IMG/VR virus record: IMGVR_UViG_3300019776_000324
Coordinates: 62,001 to 126,000 of that record
Length of the DNA stretch: 64,000 nt
Direction: 5' to 3' (one strand)
Of the stretch, positions 1 to 10,223 are shown in pieces. A model generated the notes under the pieces. The model ran no database searches. It was not told the origin of the DNA and was given only the letters and a program-made list of their open reading frames with translations. The position numbers and the translations under genes were made by a program. Position 1 is the first letter of the stretch. Each line of letters starts with the position of its first letter.

Positions 1-3000
1 GTAGCGCCGTTTACAAATATTTGATTTGGTGCAGATCTAATTTCATACAAATCACCAAAACTCTTTTGTGGGTTTAAAGGAACCAATACTACAGAACTCA
101 CAACATCACCAATGTTTTGATGTATGTAAGCACTCAGTTCACTGAAATAGAATGTGTCGCCAAAGTTCCAAGAATCAAGATTAAAGAATGCATCCATATT
201 AGCCACAACTAAATTCTTAATTGCACTAACGCTAGCAGTACTTTGAGTAGACTGAATAACTTTAATAGTTGCTCGTAATGCAGGCTGTGCCTTTTGTCCA
301 AACAACGGTTGGAAGTCAACACTGTTAAGAATCATGTTATCTGAAATCATTTTATAATCTTGCAATCCTGCATAGGCTGTGTTTAGTTCGTCAATGGTTG
401 GCATCTCAGGCTTCTGTACGGTACCGGTGGTATCTTTCAACCAATTTTGATAGGCTGTATAATAGTCGTTGGTTACTAGGTAAACATCAATGATGTTTGT
501 TGATCCAGGATCAATACGACTAGTCAACGGACTGTTATGGCGATATTGGAAATACAAATTCTGGCGACCTGTTTGCGCAAGATATGAGCTGTCCACAGTT
601 AGTGTAGGGTTGCCTAGATTATCAACACCAAGAACATAAAATACTTGATTTTGGCCAACTGAGTTTGTTTCAGCATAAGCATAAAACACTTGCCCTAATG
701 AGTATTGTGTCTGAACTGCTTGTATCTCAGACAATGTTCCGTAGCTACTGTCAATGGTGCCTTTGGTTCCAGTGTTTGCAACTAGTAGATATCGTTGTAG
801 GTTATCAAAATCCACAGTTGACTGGAAGTACACATATTTGTCAGTGGAGTTAACAGATGGTGCTACGATATCGTCAAAGAAATCTGGATTAACAGGAGTT
901 AGTCCGTTGTTGGCTCTAGCAAAACTAACTTCAACTTGGAAGTCATCTACTAGTCCGTCACTTAAGATTGGCTGATCAATAATAGTTAAAACATTATCTG
1001 TACCCAATGTTACTGCACTGTCAGGGCGACTGTTAATTTTTAAAACATTTACATAGTCACGGATAACTGTGCCTGTTCTGCTATCGTAGATTGGATCGCT
1101 AGTGTAAAAGAAGAATCTTGTTTCTAACACGCTACCAAAATAATAGTTCAATGATCTTGAAACCACAGTATAACTGTATCCGTTGTAGGTGCACTGTATT
1201 AACCAACTAGCATCCTGATTGGTACCAGTAGTGCTTTGTGCATTTTCTAGACTGAATGTCGCATTCTCATCAAGATTGTTCGAAGTAATCACATACCATG
1301 TGCTAGTTAAATTATTGTAACCAATACCAAAATTTTGATTTAAGTAAATCTGATTTACAATAGTTTGTTGCACTGTAGTTGGAATATCTGTGGTAAACAC
1401 AGGAATAACTTGTACAGGAATAGCACCAGTTGGAACAAAAGTATTCAACACCACTGGACCAGATCCGTTAGGAAGATTACCAAGGCCGTCAGCTGTGCCT
1501 GCCAAATATACAGCAGTGGGGCTAGCCCAGATTACTGTTTTTTCGTCTGGTAATGTTGCTGTTCCTGCTACTAATTCGTTTTCTTTATTGAAGTAATACC
1601 CATCAGGCGGAACAAACTTTACTAAACTGCCTACTTGAATATACTTGGCGTTATTACTAGCATAGGTTCCAATCGAAACTGGCTCGCCAGCGGCATTCTG
1701 AAAGTATCCAGTTGTTTCATTTGTAATTACAGTGCTTTGATGCCATGTGTAATTTAATACTGCTAAATTTGGTCTTAAAAAATTAGCATAATAAAATTGT
1801 TGCATGCCAGACTTAAGAACCAATGGATCGATTTGATTTAGTACAGCATCACTGATGTCATTGGTTGTTAACCAGCTGAACTGAAATGCCGGCAAGGTAT
1901 CAACTTCATATAGTGCGCCATCGCTAGCAAAGATGTTTGTACTAGAATATTTGCCAGTACCGTCAACCAAGTCAAGGTATCGGCTAGTACCAATGCTTGC
2001 ACGATTTAGTGCAGTACTTTTAAGAATACTGTTGTATTGAGTGAATGGGAAGTTTGTGTAGTCTTCGCCGTTGACCATACGATTTTGTGTGTAGTACTGC
2101 GCTGGTGCTCGCTGTTTAATTTCGTTAATAGTTTCACGAGCTTGAGCGTTTGTTACTGGAGTTGTAATACCACAAGTAAATGTAATTGTTTCAATTTGTC
2201 CTGTGCGGCTTACATAGCTAATAGGTACCTGAACACTTTGCATCTCTTCAGGATTGATAATGTAAGTTAGACCATTGCTTGCACGAACATAGGTACGGAA
2301 TGTGCCTACTGGTATGGTACTAAAAATACCATCGCCAAAGTTTAATGTAATTTGATCGTTGGTTCTACTGCTGATACTGTAGATATCTCTTGTACCAGGA
2401 GTCAACTGTTCAGCAGCGGCTGTAAACACACTTTGAACTTTTTGCCAGTAGTTGGAAATATTTCCTACATCGTCTAGCTGATATAACCATACATCAGTAT
2501 TGTTAATGCCTTCGATGTTAATACCTACGGCGCGATTACTAATTCGCTCTGGCAAATTAAAATCTTGATTTTGTAATACACCTTGCTTGAACAAGAAGAA
2601 GAATCCTGTGTTAGCACTGGCATAACCTTGTTGATCGTTACGGAACAAAACATTAAATTGTCCATTAGGCAACGGTGCTGGTTCGTAAACATAATTTTGA
2701 CCTACTGAAGTCGCGTTGACAACTTCAAACGGCATGTTTACTGTGTCTACAGTAGCAGTGTAAGGAATAATTGGAAGGAAGCCTGGCACTAAGTTAATAG
2801 TATATTCCTGTGTGTCTACTCCAAGGATAACTTGATCATTTGCAGGTTGTCCAAATTTTTGTGTGTTAACTAAACTAGCATTGATAATGGTAGTGAACTG
2901 TTCTTGCCAATCAAGATTGGTTGGATCGGCCCAGTTAACTGTCAAGTTAGAAAGATTAATGCCGTTGTAGTCTACTAGATTTTCTGTAGTCGAAACAGAA

Positions 3001-3362
3001 AATACTTTAAGATAACCGCTGGATTCAGTGTTACGCTTGGGAGTGTAACTTACTAAATTAGCAAGTTTAACCACAGAATCACGGCGCTCTGCTGTGTCTA
3101 AATAATTTTCACGAGTGTTTAAATCTGTACGGAAGGCCAATGATTGGCCCATAAATGCCATGACATCTAGTAAAGCAATAAACTCACTAGATTCAATGTA
3201 ATCGTTAAATGTTTCTGGATAATACAAGCGTAAGTAGTCTACAAAACTCTTGCGCAAGGTTTCAAAATCATAGCTTTGAAAGTCTGCTTCGCGATAGGTT
3301 TGATAGATTCTTTTCCAATCTTCGACGCCAAATATCGCTGTTTGTCTTGTAGTTGTGGCCAT
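1..3362 (-). CDS. gp6: Baseplate wedge subunit (T4 gp6-like), runs off the window start
   Basis: Missing from the ORF track because it is truncated; N-terminus translated by hand from ATG at 3362: MATTTRQTAIFGVEDWKRIYQTYREADFQSYDFETLRKSFVDYLRLYYPETFNDYIESSEFIALLDVMAFMGQSLAFRTDLNTRENYLDTAERRDSVVKLANLVSYTPKR, the gp6 N-terminal signature. Adjacent to gp25; TAAATA upstream at 3387-3382. Confidence 0.9.
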   Translation of the reverse strand, partial: MATTTRQTAIFGVEDWKRIYQTYREADFQSYDFETLRKSFVDYLRLYYPETFNDYIESSEFIALLDVMAFMGQSLAFRTDLNTRENYLDTAERRDSVVKLANLVSYTPKRNTESSGYLKVFSVSTTENLVDYNGINLSNLTVNWADPTNLDWQEQFTTIINASLVNTQKFGQPANDQVILGVDTQEYTINLVPGFLPIIPYTATVDTVNMPFEVVNATSVGQNYVYEPAPLPNGQFNVLFRNDQQGYASANTGFFFLFKQGVLQNQDFNLPERISNRAVGINIEGINNTDVWLYQLDDVGNISNYWQKVQSVFTAAAEQLTPGTRDIYSISSRTNDQITLNFGDGIFSTIPVGTFRTYVRASNGLTYIINPEEMQSVQVPISYVSRTGQIETITFTCGITTPVTNAQARETINEIKQRAPAQYYTQNRMVNGEDYTNFPFTQYNSILKSTALNRASIGTSRYLDLVDGTGKYSSTNIFASDGALYEVDTLPAFQFSWLTTNDISDAVLNQIDPLVLKSGMQQFYYANFLRPNLAVLNYTWHQSTVITNETTGYFQNAAGEPVSIGTYASNNAKYIQVGSLVKFVPPDGYYFNKENELVAGTATLPDEKTVIWASPTAVYLAGTADGLGNLPNGSGPVVLNTFVPTGAIPVQVIPVFTTDIPTTVQQTIVNQIYLNQNFGIGYNNLTSTWYVITSNNLDENATFSLENAQSTTGTNQDASWLIQCTYNGYSYTVVSRSLNYYFGSVLETRFFFYTSDPIYDSRTGTVIRDYVNVLKINSRPDSAVTLGTDNVLTIIDQPILSDGLVDDFQVEVSFARANNGLTPVNPDFFDDIVAPSVNSTDKYVYFQSTVDFDNLQRYLLVANTGTKGTIDSSYGTLSEIQAVQTQYSLGQVFYAYAETNSVGQNQVFYVLGVDNLGNPTLTVDSSYLAQTGRQNLYFQYRHNSPLTSRIDPGSTNIIDVYLVTNDYYTAYQNWLKDTTGTVQKPEMPTIDELNTAYAGLQDYKMISDNMILNSVDFQPLFGQKAQPALRATIKVIQSTQSTASVSAIKNLVVANMDAFFNLDSWNFGDTFYFSELSAYIHQNIGDVVSSVVLVPLNPQKSFGDLYEIRSAPNQIFVNGA

Positions 3363-3408
3363 AGTTATTCCAATGTTAATGTATTTATTATGTTAATAAA
3401 CTGGGTAG

Positions 3409-3783
3409 TTAAACATAGGTAGCACGACGCTGTTGTTGGTCAAAAAAGATACTCAACAACTGTGCATTTGTGCTTGGAACTACAGCTACGCCTAGTTGAA
3501 TTAATAGGCCGTTTTCTTGAGGAAATAGTTGCATGCCGCTGATATACACTCTAGGATCACCGGCGCAAACTCTTTGTATTTCTTGAGTAATAAGTGCGTG
3601 AGTGTCAGCTGTCTGGTTTTCAAACAAGAAATTCCAGATAACTGTTCCATATCCAGGGCGGCCAACTAGCTCACCTTGGCGAATGTTAAATGCGTTTAGT
3701 AGGTCAATTTTAATTAAATCAAAGTCTACACTAGTAAACTTCTTATTTTGACCAATAGTGTTAAATCCAATGAATGTAGGCAT
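3409..3783 (-). CDS. gp25: Baseplate wedge / sheath initiator (gp25/GPW family)
   Basis: 124 aa with LLNAFNIRQGELVGRPGYGTVIWNFLFE...DPRV gp25 motif; lies between gp5 and gp6. Confidence 0.9.
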   Translation of the reverse strand: MPTFIGFNTIGQNKKFTSVDFDLIKIDLLNAFNIRQGELVGRPGYGTVIWNFLFENQTADTHALITQEIQRVCAGDPRVYISGMQLFPQENGLLIQLGVAVVPSTNAQLLSIFFDQQQRRATYV

Positions 3784-3814
3784 ACTGTATTTACTCTATA
3801 ATAAAAACTCAAGA

Positions 3815-5572
3815 TTATCCAAAAATATTTGCTGCACTGCCTAGTAGCTGACTGCCTTGTGTTCTTAATCCTTGTAAAAAGTTCTGTGCAGCAGTGATAT
3901 CGGCAGAGGCATTTAAAGATGCAGATCCAGGTGCAATATAATCAAATTGTGGCACTGGGATTTTAGAACTACCTAAAATTCGAGTAAATGCTGTGTTAAC
4001 AACTGAACGACTTACAGTATTTGTGAATCCGGCAGCGACTTTTGTAGCACTAACTAGACTGTCACCACCACCGCCAAATAATCCACCCAAACTACCAAGA
4101 CTACCAAGTCCGCCAAAATTTGCCAAACTTGAAAAATTACCTAGACTAGCCAAATTGCTCAAGCCTGGTATTGCAGAAGTTAAACTACTCAAACTGCCTA
4201 GGTTACTTAAATTACCTAGGTTACCTAGACTACTAAGTCCAGGAAGTCCGGCGGTTAAACTGCTCAAACTTGGCAAACTACTTAAATTAAAATTGCCAAG
4301 ATTTGATAAGCTAGTCAATGGATTAGAAAAAGTACTAGCAAATTGTGAAGCTTTACCTAGCACATCAAGATTTTGAATATTTGCAGCCAGGCCAGCCAAG
4401 TTTGGCGGAAGTAAACTGGTTAAGTTGCCGGGCAACGAACCCAAGTTTAAATTTGTTAATTTAGTTATGTCTCCCAAGCCAACTGACTTGGCCCAGCTGG
4501 TTGCAAGGTTAGTTCCAAATTTACTAGCATTAGCTACCAATGCGCCTATGTCGCCAGTGATTGTATTTTTCAACGCACTTGTTATGGCAGGACTAAGATT
4601 TGTTAAATTTGATGCGCCGGTTGCCAACGATCCAGGGTTAGTAAGCGGAGTTGATAATAAATTAGCCAACGGAGTGTTTGCTGCCGATAATCCAGAAGTT
4701 GTTGGAACTGAAATGGCTATTCCTGTGGCTGCACTCACAGCTGATATTGTTTGCAATCCGCTTTGTGTGTAAACATACCCTCGCATTGCGCTGGCTGGTT
4801 GAGTTGCTGGCGGAGTGATTACTCCAGTGGCTGTTAAACTTTCGTAACCATTTCGCATCAATGTTAATTGTGCAGAGTTTTGGTCAGACAATGAAATTAA
4901 AAATTCATCTAGACTATAAATTCCATTGAGCCCTGTCCAAATGCCAGGACTATTCATAGTGCTTACAAAGTCATTAGGATCTATAGCAATAAATCTAAGG
5001 TAAGTTCCGGGCTTAACATAACCAGCTTGTTCAAGTTGCTCGCAGAATAATCCGTAGATACCGATACCAGTTATTTGATTTACAATTGTCTGATTTGCTG
5101 TTGTTGTATTAATTGTAGGAGTAATAATTCCTTGATTTTGTCTTTGCTGACTAGTAAAGTTAGCAACCTGTGCCATGAGTCCTTGCACCTGACTAACATT
5201 GAGTGGCCCTATTTCAGTTGGCGCGAATGTGTTATCGGCATTAATATTAACAAAATCTGCCTGTGTAATTGGATTCTCTAACGGAACATTGATTAGATTT
5301 GGAATACTGCCGCTAATTGTTGGTATGCCGCTGGTAATCGATAATACTACTATATCGTCTACTCCAGCTGTTCCTCGCTCTAATCGACTAAGAGCAAACT
5401 TCACTGCTGCAGAGGGTGCTCCTCCTATACTTTGACCAGGAGCAAACCCTACTAGAGTTCCGCTGGCAACTTGACTATAAAAAATATAATCAGCTTCGGC
5501 CTGGGTAGTTCCTTCTGGAGCTTCTAGGGTAAAGGTTGCGCCCGACGGTAAGGTATATTTAAATTGACTCAT
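3815..5572 (-). CDS. Baseplate-associated protein with possible degenerate lysozyme-like segment and low-complexity L/G/S/N C-terminal half
   Basis: 585 aa, ATGA overlap with gp5; GIYGL..QLEQAGYVKPG..WTGLNGI..LDEFL segment; LGNLGNLSNLGSLSSL tract. Confidence 0.55.
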   Translation of the reverse strand: MSQFKYTLPSGATFTLEAPEGTTQAEADYIFYSQVASGTLVGFAPGQSIGGAPSAAVKFALSRLERGTAGVDDIVVLSITSGIPTISGSIPNLINVPLENPITQADFVNINADNTFAPTEIGPLNVSQVQGLMAQVANFTSQQRQNQGIITPTINTTTANQTIVNQITGIGIYGLFCEQLEQAGYVKPGTYLRFIAIDPNDFVSTMNSPGIWTGLNGIYSLDEFLISLSDQNSAQLTLMRNGYESLTATGVITPPATQPASAMRGYVYTQSGLQTISAVSAATGIAISVPTTSGLSAANTPLANLLSTPLTNPGSLATGASNLTNLSPAITSALKNTITGDIGALVANASKFGTNLATSWAKSVGLGDITKLTNLNLGSLPGNLTSLLPPNLAGLAANIQNLDVLGKASQFASTFSNPLTSLSNLGNFNLSSLPSLSSLTAGLPGLSSLGNLGNLSNLGSLSSLTSAIPGLSNLASLGNFSSLANFGGLGSLGSLGGLFGGGGDSLVSATKVAAGFTNTVSRSVVNTAFTRILGSSKIPVPQFDYIAPGSASLNASADITAAQNFLQGLRTQGSQLLGSAANIFG

Positions 5573-7092
5573 GATGTTTTAGTAATAGTTACCCCAGCTG
5601 GAATTGCTGGAGCATCTGGTGGTAAGCCACCAGCGCCATCTTCCAATGATACAACCGCTTCTACACCTTGATTATGGTACGGGTATGGTTCGTGTGTAGG
5701 CGCTCGTGTGCAAATACTTTCTGTGCCAGTAGGAGAAACAATCCAACCAGAACTAGCGTTAAATTCTGTATTGGGTTGCAGATACTTGGTTAATCCTTTT
5801 GGCGCCGACACCGGTGATCCGCCACCGCTATTAAGCAACAACACAGTACCGCTTAAACTAAGAGATGCCTTGGCGGCCCAACTGCCCATTTGACTATCTA
5901 ATGCTAAACTGCCTGTGGACTTAATGCCCATACTGCCTTGACTGAACAAAGTCATTTTTCCTTTGTTAGCAATATTTAAATCGCCTTCACTTTGTATAGC
6001 TGTAGATTTTTTACCTTTGAGATTTAACTCTCCTCCAGCATACATGTTGATATCTTTGTCAGCATGTAAATTAATAGTACCTTCGCTGCGCAAGTTTACG
6101 CTGTTAGTAGTATATACATCTAAGGTGCCTTCCTGGCCAAGTTCAATCCAGGCTTGCCCGTTTGCATGACAAATATAAAAACAATTACCATCATCACTCA
6201 TGGTAATTTGATGGCCTTTGCTAGTACGAATACGAATTAAATTATCATTGCCGTTAAGATCTCCATCATCCATAACAAAAGTATGCCCACCTCTGCGACC
6301 AATTACCTTTGCAGCAGCAGCTGGTTTATTTGCTAGATCGTTAGGATTGATACTGGCATCGCCAGCAGTTCCTCCGCCAATGCCGCCGGCATAAATTGCT
6401 CGACCCGGAGTGCTTATTCCATAACAACCACTAGGACTTTCTCGTTGACTGCTAGATGCAATAGTTCCGCGGATAGGATCGTTTAATAATCCTTGTTGAA
6501 ATAAAATGCCAGCCACATAACTATGCACTGGTTTTTTCTGATCAAAATATTTTGGATTATCTGCAATTGCATTGTTAGATGGATTGATTTCTGTTACAGG
6601 CAATCTTGTTGCGTTGTTAAAGTACGAAGCTTGATTGCTATTTTGTGTTTGTGCTTCAGATTTATCCACAGCTCCGATTGCTGGAATCATGTGTATGATT
6701 CCTTGATCCGGTATGCACCCAGTATAGTATCCTTGATTTGGATCTCCGCCTACAAAGAAACACAACACCTGTACACCAATATCTGGAGGGGTAAACCACA
6801 TGCCATAACTTTGAGGATTACCTTGTATAAATGATCCTGTTCCTGCACTGCCGCCAGTTGGCGTGCTGCCATAAAATGGTGGGCAATAGTTTACTGTGCG
6901 CCACAGAGTTTGATCGCTAGGATTTGTGCCTCCAAACAATTCAATGTACACTTGTAATCGTCCTGATCTTGTAGGATCAGTATTACTCATTACTCGACCA
7001 ATAAACGGGCCCATTTCCGTTGGCATTCCGCCACGGTCCATTTGGTAATTTTTTGGTTGCCCTTTATTACGATTTAGATTCTCACCTGCCAT
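5569..7092 (-). CDS. gp5: Baseplate central spike (gp5/VgrG-like: OB fold plus beta-helix)
   Basis: DPTRSGRLQVYI, YGMWFTPPDIGVQVLCFF OB-fold motifs; GHTFVMDDG..IRIRTSKGHQITMSD; C-terminal RAPTHEPYPYH spike motif. Confidence 0.88.
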   Translation of the reverse strand: MAGENLNRNKGQPKNYQMDRGGMPTEMGPFIGRVMSNTDPTRSGRLQVYIELFGGTNPSDQTLWRTVNYCPPFYGSTPTGGSAGTGSFIQGNPQSYGMWFTPPDIGVQVLCFFVGGDPNQGYYTGCIPDQGIIHMIPAIGAVDKSEAQTQNSNQASYFNNATRLPVTEINPSNNAIADNPKYFDQKKPVHSYVAGILFQQGLLNDPIRGTIASSSQRESPSGCYGISTPGRAIYAGGIGGGTAGDASINPNDLANKPAAAAKVIGRRGGHTFVMDDGDLNGNDNLIRIRTSKGHQITMSDDGNCFYICHANGQAWIELGQEGTLDVYTTNSVNLRSEGTINLHADKDINMYAGGELNLKGKKSTAIQSEGDLNIANKGKMTLFSQGSMGIKSTGSLALDSQMGSWAAKASLSLSGTVLLLNSGGGSPVSAPKGLTKYLQPNTEFNASSGWIVSPTGTESICTRAPTHEPYPYHNQGVEAVVSLEDGAGGLPPDAPAIPAGVTITKTS

Positions 7093-7094
7093 TA

Positions 7095-8699
7095 TTAATC
7101 ATCCCTTGCTATAATTTGTGGAGTTGACTGTTCGCCGTATATTACTTCCTCGCCTGCGGAAAGAGTAGAAAATACATCTATGTCGCCAGACGATGTAGGA
7201 TCTTCAGGCGGTGGTGATGATTGCGGATTTCCAGTTTCTGATATTATTTCTTCACCCGGTGATAATGTTGATTCAACATCAACTACTACTTCTTCTCCAG
7301 GTGACAATGTCGATTGTACATCTATGTCACTGCCCGATGTACCAGATATACGAGTATTGGTTGCAGTGTTTTGTGTTGGTTGTCTTCCGTTGCTGTTACT
7401 TGTTGGTGTAGTTGCAATGTCAGTTATTAATGATCCAACTAATTCCTGTGTAAATTTTCCTTTGCTGAACATATTCTTACAACTTTTTGCTCGGAAAGCA
7501 AAAGTTTCTTGCGGAGCTCCATTGGAGTTAACATTCATGATACCTGTATTAAAGTTGTAATCAGTTGGTCTGCTAAAGCTAACAGTGAATACTACTTCTT
7601 GACTGTCGTAGTTTATACCGCCATCTGAATTAAACGGTTTAAAATCAAATGTCTGTGCGTTTACTCCAAATGATGCTTCACCTTGTTGCATCCACGCTGG
7701 ATCTCCAACAATGTTCATTTTTACTTCAGTAAAGTCAGACACGCTGTATAAAAAACTTGTTGCACTGTCAGCTGGTTCATTTACATAGTTTGCTTGACCT
7801 TGTCCGCGCACTTCACTGGTAGCCATGTAAGTTTTTTTAAACTGATTAATGCCCTTGGGTGGCGCCACTGCTAACGAACTTGGGTTGCCTGTTAATGTTA
7901 CATAGTATGCATGATTATAATCTTGTTCATAGGACAAAATCTGTGTGTTTAGTCCAGTAAACCAATAGTTAAATGCCTTGTGTGCGCCACGATAGGTGCT
8001 GTCTGGAAAGTATGGGCTAGACATCTGATTGATTGCATATGGACTAATAGTAAAAATCATTCGATACGCATGATCTCTTCTAACCAGGTCATACTTTAAC
8101 TGTTGTGCTGATAGGTTAATCTTGTACCATGCAGCTACTCCGCTGGTGCCAGCAGTTTTATTTTTTGTTTGTTTGCCATCTTCGTCAAAATTAACTTTTT
8201 GTTGACTAGTAATATAGCTACTACTGCGCATGACTTGATCAATTAATTGAACAATCTGTGTTCCAGCTAATACCTGCCAGTTTTGACTTTTGGTGTTTAC
8301 TGAGTCTCGATTTGAGTCAACTACATCCTGAGCAGTTTTAATATTTTTACCAGCTGTGTTTCTGTAAACCAAATCTGGTTGAACCACAGACGAATCACCA
8401 ATGCTTGCAGGAGCAAAATTAATTACATATTCATCTGCTACATATCCTACAAATTGTTTTTCTAATTTTTTCTGATGTTGATTCAACGCTTCGCATAAAC
8501 CTGTGAATATGTTATTTGATCCAGTTGACGGTGCCGAAGTAGCAATAGGAGGCGGATTATTTGTTGTCGGCGGTGCCATTGGACTTTGTCTAACAGCCAA
8601 CGGTGGTGTAGTTTCGCCTGTAATTGGACTAGTTGATGCAACTCTATTTTGAGCATAAGGATCAAAATAAGTGCCGTCGGGTCTTCTAAGTAATGGCAT
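7095..8699 (-). CDS. Baseplate hub-like protein, second part (gp27/gpD-like)
   Basis: Probable start MPLLRR at 8699 via TAATG overlap with the upstream stop; KMNIVGDPAWMQQ and FSKGKFTQELVG motifs typical of hub proteins directly upstream of gp5. Confidence 0.6.
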   Translation of the reverse strand: MPLLRRPDGTYFDPYAQNRVASTSPITGETTPPLAVRQSPMAPPTTNNPPPIATSAPSTGSNNIFTGLCEALNQHQKKLEKQFVGYVADEYVINFAPASIGDSSVVQPDLVYRNTAGKNIKTAQDVVDSNRDSVNTKSQNWQVLAGTQIVQLIDQVMRSSSYITSQQKVNFDEDGKQTKNKTAGTSGVAAWYKINLSAQQLKYDLVRRDHAYRMIFTISPYAINQMSSPYFPDSTYRGAHKAFNYWFTGLNTQILSYEQDYNHAYYVTLTGNPSSLAVAPPKGINQFKKTYMATSEVRGQGQANYVNEPADSATSFLYSVSDFTEVKMNIVGDPAWMQQGEASFGVNAQTFDFKPFNSDGGINYDSQEVVFTVSFSRPTDYNFNTGIMNVNSNGAPQETFAFRAKSCKNMFSKGKFTQELVGSLITDIATTPTSNSNGRQPTQNTATNTRISGTSGSDIDVQSTLSPGEEVVVDVESTLSPGEEIISETGNPQSSPPPEDPTSSGDIDVFSTLSAGEEVIYGEQSTPQIIARDD

Positions 8700-9919
8700 T
8701 AAATGCTCCATCCTGAGTTAGGGTCGTAGCCTGGTGCAAATCCAGTGCCATCATTGAACAAGTCTGCTGTATCAGGTGAATCCGCTTGTATTGGCCACGG
8801 CGCATCTACTCTAGCACCAAAGTCAGTAATATTTGCGCCAACAGCAGCAGGAGTACTTCCTGTTTTAGGAATACCTTGTAAAATTTGTGAGACTGTTTGT
8901 CCCGACAATTGAAAGGCAAAAGGAATAGTTCCTCGAGACTGACTTCCGGCTGTTGAATATGGTATAGACGAAGCAACAACATTATATTCAATGGCATTTG
9001 CTACTGTACGAAAAGTTATGTTTTGTATAATAAATGGATAATATTTTTTAATCACAGCCTGCGGGTTTGTATTGCTTAGTTGTCCGTTGCTACTGTATTG
9101 CCCTGTAGCCGGTGCCACTAAAGTGCCATTGCTATCATATCCGTAAAATTCAATTGTCAGACAATACTGGGCAGCGCCATAGTTGGGTATTCCATTGGTT
9201 TGATTGGACGCAGGAGTACCGGCTGCTGCAAATTGTGAGGCTGATCCAGTAGCAGTTGCTACGCTAGCTGACGAAGAGTTTTTATATGCTGCAACTACAG
9301 CTTTATATAAGTTTTGAATTAGAGTAATACCATTAGGTTCAACTACTTTAAACTTTATTTCCATTCCGTTGGTACTCATGTTAGTACCTTTGCCCATTAA
9401 AAATGTTTCTATTTCAAGATCATCAAGATAGTAATCATCTGGGAAAAATTGATTTCTTTGAGCTGTAGGTGCTCCGCCGCTTTGCATGAGCAAACTCCAA
9501 CTACCGGCGTTAAAGTTTGGAGTCGATAACTGATTATATTGTTCTGGTGTTAGCAAGTACCAGCTGATACCATAGGTATAACTGGCATACTGATCCAGTA
9601 CATTAGGTTGCGAAACAATTTGTTGACCAGCAAAAGTCTGACTAAGTGTCTGTTGTGTTGAATTGCTGGATACTCCTGGGTTATCATCGGCTCCGCGAGT
9701 GTCGTAACCATTGCTACTAGTACCTGCTCCAACTCCAGCTGATGTGGGTGCCACACCGCTACCTTCTTGAATATCCTGTGTGACATATTGATCGTCGGAC
9801 GCTGGTGTAGATTGACTCTGGCTAACAGTTACAGTTGGAGAAGTATCTGCTCCATTTTCTGGAATTGGGTCGCCTGGCTGCCAATCCGGAGGCAGGAATA
9901 TGGTTTCTACGCCTGCCAT
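8699..9919 (-). CDS. Baseplate hub-like protein, first part
   Basis: 406 aa; NVLDQYASYTY, DYYLDDLEIET, IKFKVVEPNGITL, YCLTIEFYGYD motifs; between gp53-like gene and hub/gp5. Confidence 0.6.
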   Translation of the reverse strand: MAGVETIFLPPDWQPGDPIPENGADTSPTVTVSQSQSTPASDDQYVTQDIQEGSGVAPTSAGVGAGTSSNGYDTRGADDNPGVSSNSTQQTLSQTFAGQQIVSQPNVLDQYASYTYGISWYLLTPEQYNQLSTPNFNAGSWSLLMQSGGAPTAQRNQFFPDDYYLDDLEIETFLMGKGTNMSTNGMEIKFKVVEPNGITLIQNLYKAVVAAYKNSSSASVATATGSASQFAAAGTPASNQTNGIPNYGAAQYCLTIEFYGYDSNGTLVAPATGQYSSNGQLSNTNPQAVIKKYYPFIIQNITFRTVANAIEYNVVASSIPYSTAGSQSRGTIPFAFQLSGQTVSQILQGIPKTGSTPAAVGANITDFGARVDAPWPIQADSPDTADLFNDGTGFAPGYDPNSGWSI

Positions 9920-9920
9920 G

Positions 9921-10223
9921 TTAGAATCCTAGTACAGATTTTAGTGTATTGATTTTAGGCAAATATATTACAGTGCCGGCAGAAAAATCAGTTGGCGGAG
10001 CAGTTAATGTATTTGGATTGCGTTGGTAAAACACCCACCATAATCCAGCATCACCGTACAAGTCAAATGCTAGCAGGTCTGGGCGATATTGGAAAGTTGT
10101 ATTGATAGTAAACAAAATATCATCAGATGCTTTGGGTATAGGACGATTAACCATAGTATCTAAAAAGAATTGACTGTAGCCTGTTTGAAAGTATGGACTT
10201 GTTGCGCTGTATTGACCGGCCAT
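9921..10223 (-). CDS. gp53: Baseplate wedge protein (gp53/LysM-like)
   Basis: YRPDLLAFDLYGDAGLWWVF..N.....GTVIYLP gp53/LysM motif. Confidence 0.85.
   Translation of the reverse strand: MAGQYSATSPYFQTGYSQFFLDTMVNRPIPKASDDILFTINTTFQYRPDLLAFDLYGDAGLWWVFYQRNPNTLTAPPTDFSAGTVIYLPKINTLKSVLGF

Noticed and set aside
665-2270. Short + strand ORFs at the window start
   Set aside because: Antisense to the truncated gp6 gene, which occupies 1-3362 on the minus strand
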